Source of the DNA: a virus
Lineage: Duplodnaviria; Caudoviricetes
Virus record (IMG/VR): IMGVR_UViG_3300028591_000007
Coordinates: 32,001 to 96,000 of that record
Reading direction: 5' to 3' (one strand)
DNA length: 64,000 nt
The notes beneath the pieces are model-generated. The model searched no databases. It was not told where the DNA came from and worked only from the letters and a program-made list of their open reading frames with translations. Position numbers and translations under genes: made by a program. Of the stretch, positions 57,805-64,000 are shown piece by piece. The stretch's first letter is position 1. The number at the start of each line of letters is the position of its first letter.

Positions 57805-57916
57805 CCCTCTGTAACGCACTACAAGCCTCATTTAGGCCCATTTCGTATTTTACCATACAATTATACCATAAATATACCAAACAGGCCTTTACGGGCATTC
57901 TGATGCGTTACAGGGG
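57805..57916. repeat. Long imperfect hairpin element, copy 2
   Basis: ccctctgtaacgcac..aagcctcatttaggcc...gggcattctgatgcgttacagggg. Confidence 0.75.
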
Positions 57917-57943
57917 CATATCTTGATTACTAAATATCTTTAA

Positions 57944-58456
57944 TCATTCAAACGGTATCACTTCAGCTTCTTCCTCTTCAGGGTCAGTATACATCTCATA
58001 CTTCTTCTCAAACTCATCCTGTTCAATGTTTACATACATCTTGTCAAGATAAGCTGCAACTCCTGCCTTACCCTGTACCTCATAATAATAAGGTCTGATA
58101 ACAATATCACAATAAGCAATATCTGCCTGGTCAAGAATCTGTGCTGTCTGAGGTGTGATAAGAACTTTCTTATTATTATTAATCATATAGATATGAGGAC
58201 TAAGTAACTCACTACCATCATCATTATATCTAAAGTTAACTTTAACCTTTAAGAACGGAACATCAGGATCTGTCTCTTCTTTCTTTTTAAAATACTTTAC
58301 TGCAAATCCCATATCAACTAATGCCTGTACATCTTCATAAGTATCAAGTACAACTGCAAAGTCTCTTGCTCCACCTTTCTTGTTCCAATCAGTAGGACGT
58401 CCTGAAAAATTCTTAAATGTAATTCTTGCTCCTGCGATGTTAATCTTTTGTGCCAT
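57944..58456 (-). CDS. Single-stranded DNA-binding protein (phage type)
   Basis: ARI.FKNFSG..N..G.R.F, LD.ADI..D..IRPY, AYL..MYV; acidic tail ending IPFE. Confidence 0.75.
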   Translation of the reverse strand: MAQKINIAGARITFKNFSGRPTDWNKKGGARDFAVVLDTYEDVQALVDMGFAVKYFKKKEETDPDVPFLKVKVNFRYNDDGSELLSPHIYMINNNKKVLITPQTAQILDQADIAYCDIVIRPYYYEVQGKAGVAAYLDKMYVNIEQDEFEKKYEMYTDPEEEEAEVIPFE

Positions 58457-58624
58457 AATTCTTTTCTCCTTTTCTTCTTTTAAAGGGAATACAGTTTACT
58501 TTGTAAAGTGCTAACCCCTTTTCTTGTTCGAGTATTCTAAAATATCTTTAATACATAAACCCAATCAAACTGTATTAAATAACCAACCCCTAATCACATT
58601 ATGGTCTTTCCCGATAAATATCAT

Positions 58625-61600
58625 TTATTCAAAGAACCCATCAGTTCCGCCATAACTTGAAATATCATTTATAGCATCCTGACACATCTTGTCGAAGTAA
58701 CCATAATCAATCTTATCTTCAAGATGATGTTCTTTAACATAACTTGCTTCCATCCAACGAACATCTTTACAGCCACTTGGTGATACATATTTACCATCGT
58801 CATTCAAACAAACTAATTCTGCACCACCATAACCTTCTCGTATAGGACAGAAGTTACCAACTTTACCAATAAACTGTCTACTATGTCCAGCAGCTATCAT
58901 TTTATCAAGATCTTCTTCACTATATGTCTTTAAGAATTCATTCATTTCAGCAATTGCTTTCTTTGTATACTTCTTATCAATATCAGTACCATTATTTATA
59001 TCTGTAAGAATATCTTTAAATAATTCATACTTAGTTACATCATTTAAGTTCTCATTAAAATCAAGATACAATGAACCTTTACTTACATTCTTAATCATAC
59101 ATACATCTTCAAATGTAATAGGTTCTTTACTAAATAATGTCTTAAATACATAAGGAATCTGGAACTGTGCTCCAGTTGCTGTCCATCTTGTAGGTTCAGG
59201 TAAACCTTTCTCAATAGCTTTCTTACATTCTTTCTTCCAGTCACTATCATTCTCAGTTACTTTAGCTATATAAACTGCATCATTTACCAAGCAGATCTTT
59301 TCAAATTCATGTTCAACTTCAAATGAATAACCATATCTCTTTCCAAAGTCCAATATAAATTTCTCAATATATTCATCAGGATTAATTACTTTCAATGAAT
59401 CAGTCTTAATATGGAATATCTGATAACCCTGTGCTAATACTGCATCTCTTAGATCCATCATAAAGAGTGCACCACGTTTTGCAACAATATTATCATAATT
59501 ATCAGGATGTCTTAAATTATTCTCAAATTTAGCTGCTGTTAAACCATAAACAGCATTAATAGGTGTCTTAAGTGCTGTACTCAATTTCTTTTTCTGGTCA
59601 TCATCTGTACAATACTTTAACAACTTACCATCAAATAACTTACCTAAGAATTCCATATCATCATGTTTAATCGCAATTCTTGCTCTAACCAAGTTATAAT
59701 ATCCTTCAGTATACTTACCAAAATAATATTCTGCCGCCAAGCTGTGAGGATGCATTGACGTAACATCGAATGTTTTGGCATAACCATATACTCCAGGAAC
59801 TGCTCTAACTAATCCACCTTCTCCAATCTCTTCACCTTTATAAATACTTGTCTTGGTGAACTTATCAAATGTATAACCAGGGAAGTAAGGCAATAATGAC
59901 TTCTCTTCACCATGTGTTGTGCTCATCATCTCAGGGAAGACTTCCTCTAAGAATTCTTTCTGGTCTGGATCAAGATGATAAACAGGTTTAGCTAAATCTC
60001 TATAATAGAATGAAGCTTTAGCTGCTTTTCTCTCCTGATAGTTAGTTCCAAGAATCAATCTCTCAGTTAATGTATTATCTGTATCATTTACACAACCACC
60101 TGCAATATCTGCTAATATCTGTCTTGATGTGAAGTCAACTTGAGTAGCTAACCAAACTGCCTCAGTCGCGTCTAAGTCATATCCGTTATACTCTTTTGCT
60201 GCCATCCACAATTCTTCAGGAAGAGGTTTATTCCAATCAGCATCCATTTCTTTGTGATAGATACCTAACTCAATCTCCCATTTCTTAAGTGATTGCTTCT
60301 TCTTACTATAATCATAAATATCTGTGTAAGATAAATTATATGCTTCACCGAACAATCCATTATCTTTATCACCTTTCTTAGTACTAACTATCTTTTGTGA
60401 TAACTTATACAATTGTTCATTAGTGTAACCATTCAAGAAAGCATATGTAATATGATTATCATACTTTCTACAGTTAAATCCAACTAACTTACATTTTAAC
60501 AACCATTCAATATCTGCAGGTTTAGGATTTAATAATACATGTTTCTCTTTACCTAAGAACTTATAACCAAATATAAATAAATTCGGCCAAACTTCTACAT
60601 CATAAAATACAGGTAAATCAATATCATAGTCTTTTTCTACTGCCTCGCTAGGTTCGTCGCTCTTTAAAGGCATCTTACTTAATAACTCCAAACAATACTC
60701 AGAACTATTTGATGAAGCCATAGCATAATTTAAAATATCATTATACATATCGGTGAGGTCGAAATGTACATTATTATTATATGCATCTGTTAATATCTTG
60801 TAGATGAAGTCCATATTAGGTTTATGATGGCCATGAATTTCATTACGTAGACATTTAATAATAGTTCTTCGCATCATGTTTTCAGTTTGCAAAGCTTCTT
60901 GATCTAACATCTTACCTCCTTTCTTTTCTTTCAGAGGCAATCCTTCAGATATCTTTGCAATGTCTTCATTATTAAATTTTGTTAATTGCCTCCTCAATGA
61001 TGCATTACCAGTAAATATCTTTATTTCAATATCATCTCCAAATATTCTACTAAGTTCACTTATGTCACCAGAGTATAAATAATGAAGATGTATACCAGCA
61101 CCAGACTTACTTAATTCTGCATATGTTCTCGGAAACTTATTAGCTTCTTTAAGATTCAATTCATAATCTTTTTCACCATTTTCATTTTTCTTATCAAAAT
61201 CTATAACTATCAATTGTTCTGGAGCTTGGACATAATGTAACTTATCTGTAGAAATATCTTTAAGTGTTGTTGTTACATTCTCCCAACGTTTCCCAGGAAT
61301 ACCATCTTTAGTTGCATACTGTGCTTTATAATCTTTTAAGTATTCATCAAGTTTAGATTCACATTCACCATATGTCTTGTCAAATGTTAACCAATTAACA
61401 GAATCTTTGTCAACTGTTTCTATATCAATATTATTTTCTTCAGCATAGTCTTTATTAATAATTACATTCTTACGAGGTTTCTTTACTTTAGTTGCTTTTT
61501 TAATTAAGTCATCAAATTTCTTTTTTATAAAACCTTTATACACATGATAATGATTATGGTTATCATCACCTATTTTAGTTTCATAATAATATTCTTCAAA

Positions 61601-62866
61601 ATATTTTTTAAGTTGTTCTCGTACTTCAACCTTTCTATGAAAATGTTTAATACCATTATCTTCTACAAATATCTTGTACATTCTCCAGACTTGTTCAAGA
61701 TATGTATAATCCTGTTTCCTAAAAATATCATAGTTCTCCTCCATAAACTGAAAAAACTGATTTGTTTTAGAAAACATATCTTCAGCAACATATCCATTAA
61801 AATAAGTTTTACCCAATCTATTAAATACTTGAAGACATTTATATGCTATTGCACCTCTTTCATATTTTGTGATACGATTCAACAAAATATCATATTCATC
61901 AGTTGGAATGGGTTCACCACCAGTTGGATTAATATCTATAAGTCTTCTTGTAAAACCTGATTGAGGACCTGTCATTTGTACCGGTTCATTACTTGACATG
62001 ATTAACAAAGTTTTAAATTTTACTGGATAAGGACTTTTAAACTTTGTCTCAACTGGAATGGTCTCATGAGATACAATACTATTCAATCTTGTGTTATCTT
62101 GAACTTGTGATAAGTCGCCATCTTCATCAATTGCAACAAGAGGATTCATTGCTAAACATTCCAATGGAAAATTACTATTACTTACAATTCTTTTTGAGAT
62201 AAATGGAGCATAATATGGTTTAAACATTGACTCAATTATCTTCATTATTGTACCTTTTCCAGACCCAGGATCCCCATAAAAAACAAAGAACTTTTGTATT
62301 TTTGTACTATATCCAGAAACGATACTTCCAATCATCCATTCTATCTTTTCTTTCTCTTCTGGTTCGTACAAATAACCGACCATTTGGTCCCAACTTTCAG
62401 TGCTTCCTTCTTCCAAATTATAAGGCAATTTTCCAGTGCTATAATCTTCTCTTTTTAGGTCCATATTTTTGAAGATAATATGAGGGTTTAAATCTATATC
62501 TTCATGGTACTTTTCAACCCTTTTTGTGAACTGTAAAAACTTCTCTAAATAACCAGAATCACTTGTGTAATTATCAAATTCAATATCATTAGTTATAAAC
62601 TTACGATCTGCAGCAGGAAGACGTTTATTTGCTTCATCAATTTCCTTTACTTTAGCATTATATTTTTTAATCCAGTCATTGTTTAGAACCTTCATCATTT
62701 TGTCCATATCAGTGACCCAAATTTTCTTACTTTCATCATAAATTGCATATACTCCACCACCCTTAATTATGATGTCATTTGAGTCATCTAAATTGATATG
62801 AGGTTCAAGCGTAATTGTATGTCTATTTTTTGCATTACTTTTTGCTCTTACTGATAAAAAATCCAT
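58625..62866 (-). CDS. SF3 helicase - primase/polymerase - family B-like DNA polymerase fusion
   Basis: GDPGSGKGT; VIDFD..SKSG.GIHLHY; YDVEV / GFN.RKYD exonuclease; DVTSMHP, K..INAVYG, HIKTDS. Confidence 0.88.
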   Translation of the reverse strand: MDFLSVRAKSNAKNRHTITLEPHINLDDSNDIIIKGGGVYAIYDESKKIWVTDMDKMMKVLNNDWIKKYNAKVKEIDEANKRLPAADRKFITNDIEFDNYTSDSGYLEKFLQFTKRVEKYHEDIDLNPHIIFKNMDLKREDYSTGKLPYNLEEGSTESWDQMVGYLYEPEEKEKIEWMIGSIVSGYSTKIQKFFVFYGDPGSGKGTIMKIIESMFKPYYAPFISKRIVSNSNFPLECLAMNPLVAIDEDGDLSQVQDNTRLNSIVSHETIPVETKFKSPYPVKFKTLLIMSSNEPVQMTGPQSGFTRRLIDINPTGGEPIPTDEYDILLNRITKYERGAIAYKCLQVFNRLGKTYFNGYVAEDMFSKTNQFFQFMEENYDIFRKQDYTYLEQVWRMYKIFVEDNGIKHFHRKVEVREQLKKYFEEYYYETKIGDDNHNHYHVYKGFIKKKFDDLIKKATKVKKPRKNVIINKDYAEENNIDIETVDKDSVNWLTFDKTYGECESKLDEYLKDYKAQYATKDGIPGKRWENVTTTLKDISTDKLHYVQAPEQLIVIDFDKKNENGEKDYELNLKEANKFPRTYAELSKSGAGIHLHYLYSGDISELSRIFGDDIEIKIFTGNASLRRQLTKFNNEDIAKISEGLPLKEKKGGKMLDQEALQTENMMRRTIIKCLRNEIHGHHKPNMDFIYKILTDAYNNNVHFDLTDMYNDILNYAMASSNSSEYCLELLSKMPLKSDEPSEAVEKDYDIDLPVFYDVEVWPNLFIFGYKFLGKEKHVLLNPKPADIEWLLKCKLVGFNCRKYDNHITYAFLNGYTNEQLYKLSQKIVSTKKGDKDNGLFGEAYNLSYTDIYDYSKKKQSLKKWEIELGIYHKEMDADWNKPLPEELWMAAKEYNGYDLDATEAVWLATQVDFTSRQILADIAGGCVNDTDNTLTERLILGTNYQERKAAKASFYYRDLAKPVYHLDPDQKEFLEEVFPEMMSTTHGEEKSLLPYFPGYTFDKFTKTSIYKGEEIGEGGLVRAVPGVYGYAKTFDVTSMHPHSLAAEYYFGKYTEGYYNLVRARIAIKHDDMEFLGKLFDGKLLKYCTDDDQKKKLSTALKTPINAVYGLTAAKFENNLRHPDNYDNIVAKRGALFMMDLRDAVLAQGYQIFHIKTDSLKVINPDEYIEKFILDFGKRYGYSFEVEHEFEKICLVNDAVYIAKVTENDSDWKKECKKAIEKGLPEPTRWTATGAQFQIPYVFKTLFSKEPITFEDVCMIKNVSKGSLYLDFNENLNDVTKYELFKDILTDINNGTDIDKKYTKKAIAEMNEFLKTYSEEDLDKMIAAGHSRQFIGKVGNFCPIREGYGGAELVCLNDDGKYVSPSGCKDVRWMEASYVKEHHLEDKIDYGYFDKMCQDAINDISSYGGTDGFFE

Positions 62867-63063
62867 ACAATTTTGTATTCCTCCTTTCGCGAAAAAGTAT
62901 CATTTTTTGGCATTTTTTTCGCCGGACACGATGTCAGAGCATACTTTTAAAACTTTTTTAAAAAAAGTGTCTTTTTCATAAAGATTTTTGTAATGTTCTT
63001 TTTACCTACAAAATAAGACAACTTTTTTACTCAAAAAATCATCAAAATCACACCAAAAAATGC

Positions 63064-63615
63064 CTAAATAAAGTATGATTTTAGATACAAATTAGCCTGC
63101 ATATATAGGTCATCATTCATATTTGAGTAAACTTCTCTACAAGGGAACAAAACAGGAGGATTTTCATTACCTTTTGGCTCTCTTCCATTAAAAGTTCCAT
63201 GTATAAAATCATTCAAAATACCAGCCACAATATCCTGATCAAAATCATATTTTGTAGCCCATTTTAAACCCAAATTATCTATAAACATCCAGAAAAAATC
63301 ACATCGTTTTAAACTAACAATATACGTCAATCTATCAGCAAAAGCAACCAACATTTCAAGCATCGAACAAGGTTTATTTTGTAATAGATTTAGCAATAAA
63401 TTTCCATCATTTTCACCCAATAATTTGGCATAAATTTTTCTCAATTTTAGACCATCTGCAGCCCTATTTTCGTCAAGAGGAACCGACTCTAACCAAACAA
63501 AATCCGTGTTAAATAAAAGCTCGATTAAATCCTCATATAAACCAGCTTTTTCTTTATCATCAATCTGTTCAACCAACCAATCAACATACAATTTAACCAA
63601 ATATTCTTCATTCAT
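63064..63615 (-). CDS. Conserved-looking hypothetical protein
   Basis: F.W....DENRA.DG..LR, CSMLEML.A.A, FW.FI.NLGL. Confidence 0.75.
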   Translation of the reverse strand: MNEEYLVKLYVDWLVEQIDDKEKAGLYEDLIELLFNTDFVWLESVPLDENRAADGLKLRKIYAKLLGENDGNLLLNLLQNKPCSMLEMLVAFADRLTYIVSLKRCDFFWMFIDNLGLKWATKYDFDQDIVAGILNDFIHGTFNGREPKGNENPPVLFPCREVYSNMNDDLYMQANLYLKSYFI

Positions 63616-63736
63616 AACTTACCTCCTTGTCTAAAAAATTTACAAGGATAATATCTTTATTCATATTCTCTCCTTTCCGCCCAAATTTAAAAGGCCACCT
63701 AGGGCCTTCTCGTTTATATTATAAAACATTTTCGCG

Positions 63737-64000
63737 TCACATTTCTTCTTCTCTTGGTATACAAATTATTCTATAAAATGGAGCGATAATTGGATCTTCA
63801 TCAAAACTTGTACCGCCTTGACAAAAGAAAACAGGTAATACATTATCTTCATCTTTACCGCTTGAAGGAATCCATCTATTCATTAAACAATAATAAAATT
63901 GATCACCAGGAAAACAAGAAAATAACTTACCTTTTCTATATCTGTCAATAATATCTTTACAGAAATCTTCTAACGAAATTTCTTGATCATCTTTGGTATA
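63737..64000 (-). CDS. 3' part of a hypothetical protein running off the right edge
   Basis: Open frame YTKDDQEISLEDFCKDIIDRY...RIICIPREEEM*. Confidence 0.6.
   Translation of the reverse strand, partial: YTKDDQEISLEDFCKDIIDRYRKGKLFSCFPGDQFYYCLMNRWIPSSGKDEDNVLPVFFCQGGTSFDEDPIIAPFYRIICIPREEEM

Noticed and set aside
540-62472. Plus-strand ORFs and short overlapping minus-strand ORFs in the ORF track
   Set aside because: They are shadows of long, motif-bearing minus-strand genes, with no RBS and with antisense-type composition
46466-62866. Inteins or group I/II introns in RNAP, helicase or polymerase
   Set aside because: No C..HN splice motifs, LAGLIDADG motifs or frame interruptions seen

Overview
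64 kb internal segment of an AT-rich tailed dsDNA phage (siphovirus-type; Firmicutes-like AGGAGG RBSs). All credible genes are on the minus strand. Reading right to left: replication/early module (helicase-primase-PolB fusion, SSB, RNA ligase-like protein, many small ORFs, two tRNA-Gln, SF2 helicase, nucleases); a 974-aa single-subunit DFDGD RNA polymerase; probable genome-end region; packaging and head genes (terminase, portal, protease-capsid fusion); tail genes (two major tail proteins, chaperones, 2942-aa tape measure, distal-tail-like protein); an uncharacterised membrane/coiled-coil gene block; fibre/adhesin genes; and three paralogous ~1100-1190-aa tail-tip proteins. Most unusual: (1) one glycine-rich domain is split in order across the C-termini of three separate genes; (2) five tRNA-like RNAs lack a normal anticodon arm, and several other structured RNA candidates show covariation; (3) an x-x-H|[S/Y/A] motif is shared by the capsid precursor, the RNAP and two other proteins; (4) two region-specific intergenic motifs (TCAAAAT late, AAATGATATTT early). 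No integrase, lysin, CRISPR array or reverse transcriptase was recognised. All calls come from reading motifs by eye; no searches were run.
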